From: a virus
Taxonomy: Duplodnaviria > Caudoviricetes
Length of the DNA: 61,544 bases
Direction: 5' to 3' (one strand)
IMG/VR virus record: IMGVR_UViG_3300037010_000926
Location: 1-61,544 of that record
Under the pieces are notes generated by a model. That model ran no database searches, was not told the DNA's origin, and saw only the letters and a program-made list of their open reading frames with translations. The position numbers were made by a program, and so were the translations under genes. Shown here piece after piece: positions 18,486 through 28,201 of the stretch (the first letter of the stretch is position 1; every line of letters begins with the position of its first letter).

Positions 18486-18710
18486 ATGGGTAAATCAAAT
18501 GCTGTAGCAGTCGAAGGTCCAGACAACTGGCAAGCCAGGATGGACTGCGACACCCTGATCTCGGCTGAGCAGATCACCATGGACAAGAAGCGCTACAAGG
18601 CCGCCCTGGCTGAGGCCAAGAAGCGCCAGGTGGCGCTGGCCGACGTGCTCGACGACGAGGCCGAGGAAAACTCCGAAAGCTCCAGCACCTCCAAGAAATC
18701 CGCCGGCTGA
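18486..18710 (+). CDS. Small hypothetical head-region protein
   Basis: GGAG RBS; WQARMDCDTLISAEQI. Confidence 0.75.
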   Translation: MGKSNAVAVEGPDNWQARMDCDTLISAEQITMDKKRYKAALAEAKKRQVALADVLDDEAEENSESSSTSKKSAG

Positions 18711-18754
18711 GCCGGGCGCACCGGGCGCTTCCCGGACCAATGTGAAGGACTCAC

Positions 18755-19714
18755 ATGGCAAAGCATGAAGGGCTGACCTCAGCCGAGCAGGAAGCCATCG
18801 GCGACGACTCCGATGCAGACACCGAGATCGCCGCCATCAAGGCGCTGGCCAACAAGCTGGACAAGGATGACGACGACGACCAGGCAACCGGCGCCACCGG
18901 CACTGCCGATGACGACGCTGCCGCAACCGCTGCAGCCGCCGCAGGTAGCACCAAGGACGATGCTGCTGGCGCTGGTGACCAGGCCAACGATGAGGCGACC
19001 GACATTGTGGTTGCTGAGCCGTTTACCGCCACGCTGCCGACCGGCGATGTCAGCAAGTACGAGGAGGAGCGCAGCGCCCTGCTCGACGAGCGCAAGGCGC
19101 TGCGTGCCAAGCACAAGAACGGCGAGCTGGCCGAGGACGACTTCGAGGCCGCCTTCGACGACGTGACCGACCGCATTGGCAGGCTCGACACGGCCCATGC
19201 CGTGGCCCAGAGCCAGGCGGCCAGCAACGAGAGCCTGGGCCAGCAGAAGTGGCTGTGGACCGTGGGCATGTTCAAGCAGACCCTGCGCGACCAGGGCGGC
19301 ATTGACTACGACGCGAACGATGGCGCCCGCTCGATCTGGGACCACCACGTCAAGGCGCTGGCTGCCAAGGACGAGAACCGCACCAAGCCTGGCAACTGGT
19401 TCCTGTCCGAGGCCCACAAGCTCACCTTGCGTGACATCCGCGCCACTGCCGAGTCTTTGGGCATGAAAGCCGGTGCGCCGGCCACTCCCGCCCCCGCCCC
19501 CGCCCCAGGCGCAGTCAAGGCAGCCGTGGACGCGCGTCGGCCCAAGGTCGACGCCACTCCGTCGCTGGCCAACGTACCCACCTCGGGTGCGGCCGACGAC
19601 GGCGCCGCCTCCACCGAGTTCGCTTACCTGGACAGCCTCAGCGGCATGGCGCTGGAACGCGCCCTGGCCAAGCTGCCCGAGGAAGCGCGAGACCGCTGGC
19701 TGGAGGCGCGATGA
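18755..19714 (+). CDS. Capsid scaffolding protein (putative)
   Basis: Acidic, helical protein upstream of the major capsid gene. Confidence 0.7.
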   Translation: MAKHEGLTSAEQEAIGDDSDADTEIAAIKALANKLDKDDDDDQATGATGTADDDAAATAAAAAGSTKDDAAGAGDQANDEATDIVVAEPFTATLPTGDVSKYEEERSALLDERKALRAKHKNGELAEDDFEAAFDDVTDRIGRLDTAHAVAQSQAASNESLGQQKWLWTVGMFKQTLRDQGGIDYDANDGARSIWDHHVKALAAKDENRTKPGNWFLSEAHKLTLRDIRATAESLGMKAGAPATPAPAPAPGAVKAAVDARRPKVDATPSLANVPTSGAADDGAASTEFAYLDSLSGMALERALAKLPEEARDRWLEAR

Positions 19715-19908
19715 CAGGCAAGGTGGTGGTCGTTGATCTGCGTGTGGACCAGTCCATGCGCGTGGGTGATTCGACCATCACCTTGCGCGAGAAGTCGGGC
19801 CGCCGCGTCAAGCTGGTGATCGAGGCCAGGCCAGGTGTGGTGATCGAGACACCCCGCGATGTTGACCTGGCCAGGTCTGGTGTTGGAGATCCGCTCCAAC
19901 CTCGTTGA
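19711..19908 (+). CDS. CsrA-like small beta protein
   Basis: VVVDLRVDQSMRVGDSTITLREKSGRRVKLVIEARPGVVI resembles the CsrA pattern. Confidence 0.55.
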   Translation: MTGKVVVVDLRVDQSMRVGDSTITLREKSGRRVKLVIEARPGVVIETPRDVDLARSGVGDPLQPR

Positions 19909-19921
19909 GCGGTGACAAGAT
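19894..19921 (+). promoter_or_regulatory. Putative late promoter of the major capsid gene (CTCCAACCT-N13-CAAGAT)
   Basis: Preceded by inverted half GTTGGAG at 19882-19888. Confidence 0.6.
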
Positions 19922-19997
19922 AGTCAAAACGGTGCCGGGCCTTATCCCGGTGGATGGAGCGCAAGACGTGCTCGAACTGTGAAAGCAGGAGCACGTC

Positions 19998-21137
19998 ATG
20001 GCACGGACCATTGTTGGCTTGGGTGACCCGAAAGCAGTACGCAAGTACAGCGCCTTCCTCGCGCTGGACGTGGGTCGCATCAGCTACTTCAACAAGAAAT
20101 TCATGGGTGTCGGCGTTGACGCGCAGACCCCGATCCAGATGCTCCCGCAACTGGAGAATGACGCTGGCGACAGTATTTCCTACGACCTCGTGCTGCAACT
20201 CCGTATGCAGCCCATCGAAGGTGACAACACCCTCGAAGGCAACGAGGAGGACATGAAGTTCTACAGCGATGCGGTCTTCATCGACCAGGCTCGCGGTGGT
20301 GTGAACACGGGTGGCCGCATGACCCGTAAGCGCACTCTGCACGACTTGCGCAAGATTGCGCGGGCACGCCAGGGTGAATGGTGGGCGCGGATCTTTGACG
20401 AGCTGCTGTTCCTGTACCTGTCTGGCGGTTTCCGCACCTCGGGCTCGGGCGCTTGCAACTTCGTCAACGGTGACTACACCTACGGTTCCGGGTATCCCGG
20501 CTTCGCCACCAACACCTTCGTCGCACCGGATTCGCTGCACAGCTACGTCTCGAACAAGAAGACGTTTGGCACGATCCTGGCCAGCGACAAGATGACGCTG
20601 ACGGACATCGACCGCTGCGTGGCCAACGCCTCGACGCTGGGCGGTGGCACCTCGGGTGTGCCGGCGATCCAGCCCTGCTCGATCGACGGCGAGGACACCT
20701 ACATCACGGTCATGCACCCGTGGTCGGAGTTCGACGTTCGCACCAACGCCGGCTCTGGCCAGTGGCTGGACATCCAGAAGGCGGCTGCTGCGGCCGAGGG
20801 CCGCAACAACCCGATCTTCAAGGGTGCCTTGGGCATGTACAACGGGGTGGTGATGCACAAGCATCGCGGCGTGCTGAACCGCACGGACGGCGGCGCGAGC
20901 AGCAACATCTCGGTGGTGCGCAACCTGTTCATGGGTCGCCAGGCTGGCGTGGTCGCCTTCGGTTCTCCGGGCACCGGCCTGCGCTTCGACTGGAACGAGG
21001 AGTCGCGCGACAACGGCAACCAAGCCGTCATCACCACCAGCTCGATCTTCGGCGTGAAGAAGACCAGCTTTGCGATCGACGGCACGAGCTACGACTTCGG
21101 CACCTACACCATCGACAGCGCTGCTGTGGCGCCCTGA
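19998..21137 (+). CDS. Major capsid protein (N4-gp56 family)
   Basis: LENDAGDSISYDL, LEGNEE, IDQARGGV...MTRKRTLHDLRKIAR, NPIFKGALGMYNGVVMH. Confidence 0.92.
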   Translation: MARTIVGLGDPKAVRKYSAFLALDVGRISYFNKKFMGVGVDAQTPIQMLPQLENDAGDSISYDLVLQLRMQPIEGDNTLEGNEEDMKFYSDAVFIDQARGGVNTGGRMTRKRTLHDLRKIARARQGEWWARIFDELLFLYLSGGFRTSGSGACNFVNGDYTYGSGYPGFATNTFVAPDSLHSYVSNKKTFGTILASDKMTLTDIDRCVANASTLGGGTSGVPAIQPCSIDGEDTYITVMHPWSEFDVRTNAGSGQWLDIQKAAAAAEGRNNPIFKGALGMYNGVVMHKHRGVLNRTDGGASSNISVVRNLFMGRQAGVVAFGSPGTGLRFDWNEESRDNGNQAVITTSSIFGVKKTSFAIDGTSYDFGTYTIDSAAVAP

Positions 21138-21182
21138 TCGGCGGGCGTCCTTTCCTGATCCCTTCGGCTACTGGAGAACACG

Positions 21183-21710
21183 ATGGCCACCCTGTACAAA
21201 ACCGACTTCGCCACCGGCAAGAAGACGCTCCCCAACGCGCAGGGCCGCGAGGTCTTGTCCGCCAAGATGGACTTTGCCGTCAGCACCGCGATGGTCAACT
21301 ACTTGGGCGCTGTGGCTGCGGCCTTGACGACCAACGACGTGATCGAGTTCGGTCGGCTGCCGGCGGGCCATGTGCTGACCAACATCGAGCTGGTGAGCGA
21401 CGACATCGACAGCAACGGTTCGCCTGCGGCGCTGATGTCGGCGGGCATCTTGAACAGCGGCAAGACCGGCCTGTCCACTGATGCCAACGGGGACGGCGGC
21501 AACATCTCGGGCACCCTCATCTCTGGCTCGAACGTGGGCCAGACTGGCGGTAACGCGCGGCCTGCGGCCACGAACACGTCGATGTGGCGCCTCAAGCCGC
21601 TGGAGACGGATCGCTCGGTGGGTGTCTTGATTGGCACCGTGCCGGCGACCCAGCAGTCCGGGACCATCTCGCTGGTCATCAGCTACCGCGCCAGCCTCTA
21701 CGGTCTGTGA
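21183..21710 (+). CDS. Capsid decoration/cement-like protein
   Basis: Follows MCP; NDVIEFGRLPAG...GTISLVISY beta pattern. Confidence 0.65.
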   Translation: MATLYKTDFATGKKTLPNAQGREVLSAKMDFAVSTAMVNYLGAVAAALTTNDVIEFGRLPAGHVLTNIELVSDDIDSNGSPAALMSAGILNSGKTGLSTDANGDGGNISGTLISGSNVGQTGGNARPAATNTSMWRLKPLETDRSVGVLIGTVPATQQSGTISLVISYRASLYGL

Positions 21711-21747
21711 TCCAGGTGCGGGCAGGACGCCCGCCTGAGGAGTGTTC

Positions 21748-22239
21748 ATGCGAATCGAGTGTACGATCCCTGAGATCGACAACCATGTCACGCTGGACGG
21801 CGTGACGTACAAGTTTGAGCGGCGCAGCGGCAATCGGTCTACCCCCATGCTGGCCACCGTGGACAACGACACCCACGCAGCCGACATCCTCAGCCGGCCT
21901 GGCTTCAGCGCCTGGCGCGACTCGGACGGCGCGCTGAGCGACAGCGACGACGAGCTGCCCCCGGATGATGAGGACGAGCTGCCGCCCGATGAGGACGACG
22001 CTCTGCCGCCTGACGCCGCCACGGGTCAAGCCCCGCAGACTGCACCGGCTGCACCGGCCGAGCAAACGGTTGCTGGCGCTGGCCAACAGGGTGACAGCAC
22101 GCCGCCTGACCGCTTCGAGAACATGACCTTCGACGAGCTGAAGGATGAATACAAGCGGGCCTTCCACCGTGCCGCACCCACCCAGGCCAAGTACGAGACG
22201 CTGCTCAACCGACTGCATGAAGCGGCCGGCAAGGTGTGA
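21748..22239 (+). CDS. Hypothetical virion-region protein with acidic repeats
   Basis: GAGGAG RBS; DDELPP repeats. Confidence 0.7.
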   Translation: MRIECTIPEIDNHVTLDGVTYKFERRSGNRSTPMLATVDNDTHAADILSRPGFSAWRDSDGALSDSDDELPPDDEDELPPDEDDALPPDAATGQAPQTAPAAPAEQTVAGAGQQGDSTPPDRFENMTFDELKDEYKRAFHRAAPTQAKYETLLNRLHEAAGKV

Positions 22240-22245
22240 TGACAC

Positions 22246-23001
22246 ATGCCCTCTGCCCTGGTCAAGGATGTCCTCTACCGGGCTGGCGTGCTGTTGAACG
22301 ATGCCGCTCCCGCGCAGTACACCTCATTCCCCGAGATTGATCTCGTCCAGACGCTGAACGACGCCCAGGTAGCGGTCTGCAAGATCGCCCCCTGGGCTTC
22401 GTCGCGCGTTGATTCGATCAAGCTCACCGCGAACAAGTCGCGCCAGCACATCAGTTCGATCGCGTCCGCCAACATGATCCCCATGGACGGCAGCGCGTCC
22501 GTCACGGTGAGGGGCATGTTCCTCACGAGCCTGATCTGCAACATGGGCTCGGACGGCCTGACCGAGGGAAGCGCGATCCGCCTGGTGTCGCTTGACACCG
22601 CCACGGCAGCCAACCCCGATTGGCCAACGCAGTCCTCGGACATGGTTGAGGAGTACGTGTTCGATGCACGCTACCCCCAGGTGTTCCTGACCCTGCCCAA
22701 GCCCAACGCGGCGATCTGGGTGTTGGCGGCTTACCAGTCCTTGCCGGTGGCCATCCCTGCGGGGGGCAACCCAGGGGCTGAGGTTTACGCCTTTGGCGGC
22801 TCCTCGACACAGACCATCACGATCGACGACCGCTACGTGGACGACCTGGTGCACTACGTCGTGGGCCGCACGCTGCTGGAGCAAGTCGAACAGGCTGCCG
22901 ACCAGCCGCGCGGCGAGTTCTTCTTTGGTCTGTTTGGTAGCTCACTCAAGGCTCACGCCGACATGATGCGCGCCATGGATCCGTCGCTGGCCAGGAGCTG
23001 A
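22246..23001 (+). CDS. Head-tail adaptor protein (putative)
   Basis: LVQTLNDAQ...IDDRYVDDLVHYVVGR; position after the capsid genes. Confidence 0.65.
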   Translation: MPSALVKDVLYRAGVLLNDAAPAQYTSFPEIDLVQTLNDAQVAVCKIAPWASSRVDSIKLTANKSRQHISSIASANMIPMDGSASVTVRGMFLTSLICNMGSDGLTEGSAIRLVSLDTATAANPDWPTQSSDMVEEYVFDARYPQVFLTLPKPNAAIWVLAAYQSLPVAIPAGGNPGAEVYAFGGSSTQTITIDDRYVDDLVHYVVGRTLLEQVEQAADQPRGEFFFGLFGSSLKAHADMMRAMDPSLARS

Positions 23002-23003
23002 GC

Positions 23004-23654
23004 ATGACCTTGTGGAAAGCTCTGCGCACCGACCTCCTGCCCGACGCGAGTGGGTGCCCTGTGGCCAAGGTCGACGATGCCGTCAAGCGCACCGTGATCG
23101 AGTGGTGCAAGAAGACCCGCTGCTACCGGCTGCGCGGATCCGTGGCCGACGCGGGTGGCCTGGGCGCACGCGCGAACCCCAACCCCCTGGTGCCGGCCGG
23201 CACGCGCCTGGTGTCCATCATTGCCGCGTCCTGGCTGGGCAAACCGCTGCTGCCCAAGAGCGAAGCCTACATGGTGGACCTGTATGGCGAGTGGGCCGCC
23301 AGGCAGGGCGTGCCGCTCTACCTGGTGCGTGAGCGCGCCGACGTGGCGGCTGGCCAGTTCTGGCTGGCGCCTGCGCCCGCTGATGCCACCACCACCAGTC
23401 TGGTGATGACCGTGGCGCTGACGCCCACCGAGGACGCCACAGGCGTGGATGACAGCGTGCTCGACGAGTACCGGGAGGACATCATCGTGGGCGCCCTGGC
23501 ACGGCTGCTGAGCATGTCCGACCGCCCCTGGTCCCAGGCTGGCCTGGCCGCCAGCAAGCGCGATGAGTTCATGCGCCGCATGGCCGCCACCAGGATCAGC
23601 GCCGACCGTGGGGTCGACAGCCAGCCGCTGACGACCAAGCCTTACCCGTTCTGA
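23004..23654 (+). CDS. Head-tail adaptor/closure protein (putative)
   Basis: VALTPT...YREDIIVGALARLLSMSDRPWS. Confidence 0.65.
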   Translation: MTLWKALRTDLLPDASGCPVAKVDDAVKRTVIEWCKKTRCYRLRGSVADAGGLGARANPNPLVPAGTRLVSIIAASWLGKPLLPKSEAYMVDLYGEWAARQGVPLYLVRERADVAAGQFWLAPAPADATTTSLVMTVALTPTEDATGVDDSVLDEYREDIIVGALARLLSMSDRPWSQAGLAASKRDEFMRRMAATRISADRGVDSQPLTTKPYPF

Positions 23655-23661
23655 GGCCGCC

Positions 23662-25278
23662 ATGCTGCTTCAGTTCTCAGGCTTCAAGGGTGCAGCCACC
23701 AAGGAGTCGGCACGCCTGCTGCCTGTACAGATCGGTGTGGACAGCCAGAACCTGCGGCCCGACTTTGTAGACTTCCGCCCCTGGGGTGCACCCACCAACA
23801 AGGCCACGGTCCCGGCCAGCCAGAAAACGATCTACCGGCTGGGCCGAGACGCCCCCAGCGACACCGCCTACTGGTGCTCCTGGGGTGCGGATGTGGATGC
23901 GGTCACGGGATTCCTGGGGTCGGACTCCGCTGAGCGCACCTTCATCACAGGCGACGGCATCCCCAAGTGGTTTGACAACACCATGCTGGGTGGTGGCCCA
24001 CCCTATCCGGTCACCTCGCGCCCACTGGGGATGCCGCCCCCCATCAACCCGCCGCTGCCCAGCATCACCGTGGCCGGCACGGGAGACGCTGAAACCCGCT
24101 ACTACCTGGCTACCTGGGTCAGCGACAAAAGGGAGGAGTCGGCCCCGTCTCCTGTGTCGATCAAGCTGACGTGCAACACCGACGCCGAGGTGTCGATCAA
24201 CAGGGTTTCGACCGTGCCGTCTGATGGCCGGGTGTACACCACCTGGCGCCTGTACCGAACCCAGCCCAACGCCAACGGGGCGGCCACTTTCTACTTCCAG
24301 GCCGAGCTTCCGGTGGCTACCAGCACCTACACCGAGGCGGCCGGCAGTGCGAGCTTTGTGGAGACGCTGCCCTCGCTGTACTGGGACATGCCTGACCCTG
24401 GGCTCACGGGCATCACTGCCTTGTGGGACGGGATCTTTGCGGCCTTCGTTGGCAAGAAGCTGTACTTCTGTGAGGCCTACCGGCACTTCGCCTGGCCCAA
24501 TGCGTATGCGTTGTCCACCAAGGACACCATCGTCGGCCTGGGGGTGTGGAACAAGAACCTGATCGTGCTGACCACTGGCCAGCACTACGTCGTGACCGGC
24601 GGCATCCCATCGTCGATGTCGATGGCGCCACTCAGGTTCAAGCAGGCCTGCGTGTCCAAGCGCTCGATCGTCAGCTCGGCCATGGGGGTTGTCTGGGCTT
24701 CGCCGGCCGGGCTGGTGATGGTGGGCGACAACGGGGGCGTCGTGCTGACCGACGCGGTGCTGAGCCTGCAGCAGTGGACGGCCTTGGCGCCCAGCACCAT
24801 GCGTGCCGCCCAGCTCCTCAACACGCTCTACGTGGCTTCGTACACGGTGTCCGGTGAGGACCACAGCTTTGTCATCGACCTGGCCAACCCGGGCGGGATC
24901 TACTACTACACCACCGGCTTTGCCGACCTGTACTGGGACGAGATCCAGGCCGCGCTGTTCGTGCTGAGTGGCACCAATGTGCAAAAGTGGGACACCGGAG
25001 CGCTGCTCACCGGCCTGCACAAGAGCGGTGTGCGTCGCGCTGAAAAGCCCACTCACTTCAAGCTGGTCCAGGTGATCGCCGACAGCTACCCGGTCACGGT
25101 GACGGTATGGAATGACGGGGTGGCTCTGGTCACCAACAAGACCATCCCCAGTCGCGCAGCCCAGAAGCTGCCCCCCGGCCTTCTTTGCGATGAGTGGCAG
25201 GTGTCACTGTCTGGCGCCACGGGTGTGCAAGTGGTCAACCTGGCCACGGGGATCGGTGAGCTGAAGGCGATCAAGTGA
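23662..25278 (+). CDS. Tail nozzle/stabilisation protein (podovirus)
   Basis: LYFCEAYRHFAWP, QACVSKRSIVS...VVWASPAGLV beta-propeller-like repeats. Confidence 0.7.
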   Translation: MLLQFSGFKGAATKESARLLPVQIGVDSQNLRPDFVDFRPWGAPTNKATVPASQKTIYRLGRDAPSDTAYWCSWGADVDAVTGFLGSDSAERTFITGDGIPKWFDNTMLGGGPPYPVTSRPLGMPPPINPPLPSITVAGTGDAETRYYLATWVSDKREESAPSPVSIKLTCNTDAEVSINRVSTVPSDGRVYTTWRLYRTQPNANGAATFYFQAELPVATSTYTEAAGSASFVETLPSLYWDMPDPGLTGITALWDGIFAAFVGKKLYFCEAYRHFAWPNAYALSTKDTIVGLGVWNKNLIVLTTGQHYVVTGGIPSSMSMAPLRFKQACVSKRSIVSSAMGVVWASPAGLVMVGDNGGVVLTDAVLSLQQWTALAPSTMRAAQLLNTLYVASYTVSGEDHSFVIDLANPGGIYYYTTGFADLYWDEIQAALFVLSGTNVQKWDTGALLTGLHKSGVRRAEKPTHFKLVQVIADSYPVTVTVWNDGVALVTNKTIPSRAAQKLPPGLLCDEWQVSLSGATGVQVVNLATGIGELKAIK

Positions 25279-27035
25279 GCACCGACATCCCCGATCTCCC
25301 ATCGGTCGATCGTCAGGACTTCACGACCGACAACGCTTATGCCTTCGCCCGCGCGCTGACCGAGATGCTGCAGGTGCGCTGCGGCCTGCGCGGCAAGCCT
25401 GATGCGCAGATGATCCTGCGGCGCGACCTGATCGCCCTGGGCTACATCAAGGAGATCGGCGGCGGCACCATCAGCACCGGGGGCGGGATTGAGGTGGGGG
25501 AGGGCGGCCCACCAGATAGCTCGCCACCCACCCCCATCACGGGCTTGGCGGTGACCAGCTTGTTTGCTGGTGCGTTTGTGAAATGGGATGCTCCGACCTA
25601 CACCCAAGGGGGAGGCAACGCCATCACCGAGGTCTATGAGGCGGTGTACTCGGGCAGCGGCCCGCTGCCCACCTTCGGTGACGCCATCCTGATCGGCTCG
25701 GCCGCGCTGTCTACCAATTCTTTCATTGCCGCCGGGCGGCTAGGTACACGGCGCCACTACTGGGTCAAGGCGGTGACGGCTGGCAATGTGAGCCAGGCCA
25801 CCCCCACAGGTGGAACGAATGGCGTGTCCATCGTCATTGGCCAGGTAGGCAACTCTGACCTGGGTGCGCAGATCGTTGAGGCCCAGAACATCGCGGACGG
25901 CAACATCACGCCGATCAAGTTCGCCACCGGCACGAACCCCGTGTTCATGGTGGCGTTACTGCCCGCGCTGCCCAGTGCGACTTACCCGCCGGGCACCATT
26001 GCTGTCAACACCACCGACACCAAGGTCTACCGGGTGGACGCAGCCGGCACGACCTGGACGGCGCAGCAGGACGGCGCCGACATCGTGGCCGGCACGATTG
26101 CAGCAGCCAGCCTGATCGCCGGCACCATCACCGCCGGCTCGGGCGTGATCGCCAATGCGGCTATCAGCACGGCCATGATCCAGACCTTGGCGGTCACCGA
26201 CGCATTGATCGCCTCCTGCAACATCAACAAGCTGGAGGCCGGCTCGCTGCAGGTGGGTGCCTACCTGGACAGTTCCAACTACGTGGGTGGCACGGCCGGC
26301 TTCTACCTGGGCGCCACCGGCTACGCCGAGTTCAACGACGTGGTGGTGCGCGGTACGGTCTATGCAAGCGCGGGGACGTTTGCCGGTTCGCTCAGCGCTG
26401 CCACCGGCAGCTTTGCTGGCAGCCTGTCGGCCGCCACCGGGAGTTTTGCTGGCAGCCTGTCGGCCGCCACCGGGAGTTTTAACGGTACTGTCCAGGTGGG
26501 GTCATCCCCGCTGGTTTCTGGCACATCCATGACCGGCACCGGGGCAGTATTTAACCCGTCTGGCACCTGGGCCGCAGGTAATAGCACCAAGAATATCAGC
26601 TTCAACGGCACCACAGTAACCATCAATGGCGCGCTGGTAGTTACCGACAATTTGGTGCCGGAGGCCGTCACTGTACAGGCGGCTGCCTATACAACCGGAA
26701 GTGCCATTGGAACCATAGGGTATTGGACAACCATTCAGTCGGTGACCATAGATTCAACTGGCGCAGTTGTTCTCTTGCTGGCTGGGTTTGTCACGGACAT
26801 TCCGTTCGATGGTACCTATGCTTGGAAATTGAGCCGCGACGGCACAGTGGTATTTCGCGTCGGCGGCGGGTCGCCTGGTATCGGACAAATAGGCGGTGGA
26901 AGTATGCCGCCATTCACTGATCTACCGGGCGCCGGATCGCATACCTACACCCTGGAGGTGTATGACAACGGTGATGGGACATACCCACTCTATTGCTGTA
27001 ATCGGGGCCTGTACGCCATCGAGGTTAAAAGATGA
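25275..27035 (+). CDS. Tail fibre / host-specificity protein
   Basis: Fn3-like segment (RRHYWVKAV), SSNYVGGTAGF, GYAEFNDVVVRGTVYASAGTFAG. Confidence 0.8.
   Translation: MSTDIPDLPSVDRQDFTTDNAYAFARALTEMLQVRCGLRGKPDAQMILRRDLIALGYIKEIGGGTISTGGGIEVGEGGPPDSSPPTPITGLAVTSLFAGAFVKWDAPTYTQGGGNAITEVYEAVYSGSGPLPTFGDAILIGSAALSTNSFIAAGRLGTRRHYWVKAVTAGNVSQATPTGGTNGVSIVIGQVGNSDLGAQIVEAQNIADGNITPIKFATGTNPVFMVALLPALPSATYPPGTIAVNTTDTKVYRVDAAGTTWTAQQDGADIVAGTIAAASLIAGTITAGSGVIANAAISTAMIQTLAVTDALIASCNINKLEAGSLQVGAYLDSSNYVGGTAGFYLGATGYAEFNDVVVRGTVYASAGTFAGSLSAATGSFAGSLSAATGSFAGSLSAATGSFNGTVQVGSSPLVSGTSMTGTGAVFNPSGTWAAGNSTKNISFNGTTVTINGALVVTDNLVPEAVTVQAAAYTTGSAIGTIGYWTTIQSVTIDSTGAVVLLLAGFVTDIPFDGTYAWKLSRDGTVVFRVGGGSPGIGQIGGGSMPPFTDLPGAGSHTYTLEVYDNGDGTYPLYCCNRGLYAIEVKR
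26373..26483 (+). repeat. 33-bp tandem repeats encoding GSFAGSLSAAT (about 3 copies)
   Basis: Repeated TTTGCTGGCAGCCTGTCGGCCGCCACCGGGAG. Confidence 0.85.
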
Positions 27036-27625
27036 CTATTCACCGCTCCATCATTGACGCCATGGGTGAACTGGTCAAAACCCTGCGCTGCGGAACGCAG
27101 GAAACGCTTGCCCTGAACACCCCGCCAGACTGCACTGACGTGGACCCCTGCCCGGACACGCTTGATGCCTGGTGGGATGGCGGCCAGTGGGTGGCCAAGG
27201 GTGATCGCCCTGAGCCCTGGGCGGTGTGGGACGTGCAAGGCAAGCAGTGGGTGGACCCACGCGACTTGCCAGCGATCAAGGCGGCGCAGTGGGAGGCGAT
27301 CAAGGCTGAGCGCGCGGCCCGTGAGTACAGCACGTACGCCTGGGATGGGTCCGAGTTCGACTGTGACCGGGACAGCACGGCCAAGGTGATGGGCGCCGTG
27401 CAAACAGCCATGCTCGCAGCGCAAGCCGGGCAGTCGTTTTCGATTGACTGGACGCTGGCTGACAACACGGAGCGAACCCTGTCAGGTGCCGACATGATCG
27501 GCGCCGGCCTGGCGCTGTCAGCACAGGTCAGCGCGATCTATGACACGGCCCGCGCGCTACATAAACAGATCGATACCGCCACTACAGCGCAGGAAGTGCT
27601 GGCCATCACCTGGCCAGGCGCCTGA
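27032..27625 (+). CDS. Tail fibre assembly protein (DUF4376-like)
   Basis: WEAIKAER...FDCDRDS...IDWTLADN...AITW. Confidence 0.8.
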   Translation: MTIHRSIIDAMGELVKTLRCGTQETLALNTPPDCTDVDPCPDTLDAWWDGGQWVAKGDRPEPWAVWDVQGKQWVDPRDLPAIKAAQWEAIKAERAAREYSTYAWDGSEFDCDRDSTAKVMGAVQTAMLAAQAGQSFSIDWTLADNTERTLSGADMIGAGLALSAQVSAIYDTARALHKQIDTATTAQEVLAITWPGA

Positions 27626-27696
27626 AGGTGGCGGGCTTTACGCTGGACGCCATCCACTCCGAAGGCCCGGTCGGCGGCTCCGAGTGAAGCTGACCA

Positions 27697-27724
27697 CTCC
27701 AACCTGAGCACTCGCTGCTACTTT
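27697..27724 (+). promoter_or_regulatory. Putative late promoter (CTCCAACCT-N13-TACTTT), probably giving a leaderless mRNA
   Basis: ATG lies 7 nt after the -10 hexamer. Confidence 0.6.
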
Positions 27725-27730
27725 GCCAGG

Positions 27731-28201
27731 ATGGACGACCTGATCCTTCCTGACGCCCTGCAGCCCATGCTGCCCAAAGTCCCCACGATCGCCCAGATTC
27801 GGCGGCTGGAGGAGTACATCGCGTCCGATCTGCCTGAGGTGGCCACGGTCACCCGCCACCACTTCGCGCCTGGCATTTACCTGCGCGAGCTGGAGATCCC
27901 GGCTGGCACGCTGCTGACCGGGCGGACCCACACGACCGAGCACTACTGCATCGTGTCCAAGGGCCGGATCGCTGTGTGGACCGAGCAGGGCATGAAGATG
28001 CTGGAGGCGGGTGCACACCTGCCGTCCTACCCGGGCGCCAAGCGCGTAGGCCTGACGCTGGAGCACACGGTCTGGACCACCATTCACCTGAACCCGGACG
28101 ATGAGCAAGACCTGGCGGTGATCGAGGCCAAGCTGTTTGCGGAGCCCATGTATGTGCGGCCAGCGCCCCCCATTGAGGCGCTTGAGATGTTGGAGGACTG
28201 A
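27731..28201 (+). CDS. Cupin-like phage protein
   Basis: HHFAPGIYLRELEIPAGTLLTGRTH...GAKRVG...WTTIH. Confidence 0.75.
   Translation: MDDLILPDALQPMLPKVPTIAQIRRLEEYIASDLPEVATVTRHHFAPGIYLRELEIPAGTLLTGRTHTTEHYCIVSKGRIAVWTEQGMKMLEAGAHLPSYPGAKRVGLTLEHTVWTTIHLNPDDEQDLAVIEAKLFAEPMYVRPAPPIEALEMLED

Noticed and set aside
25275-27035. Diversity-generating retroelement target
   Set aside because: No reverse transcriptase and no template repeat seen in the genome
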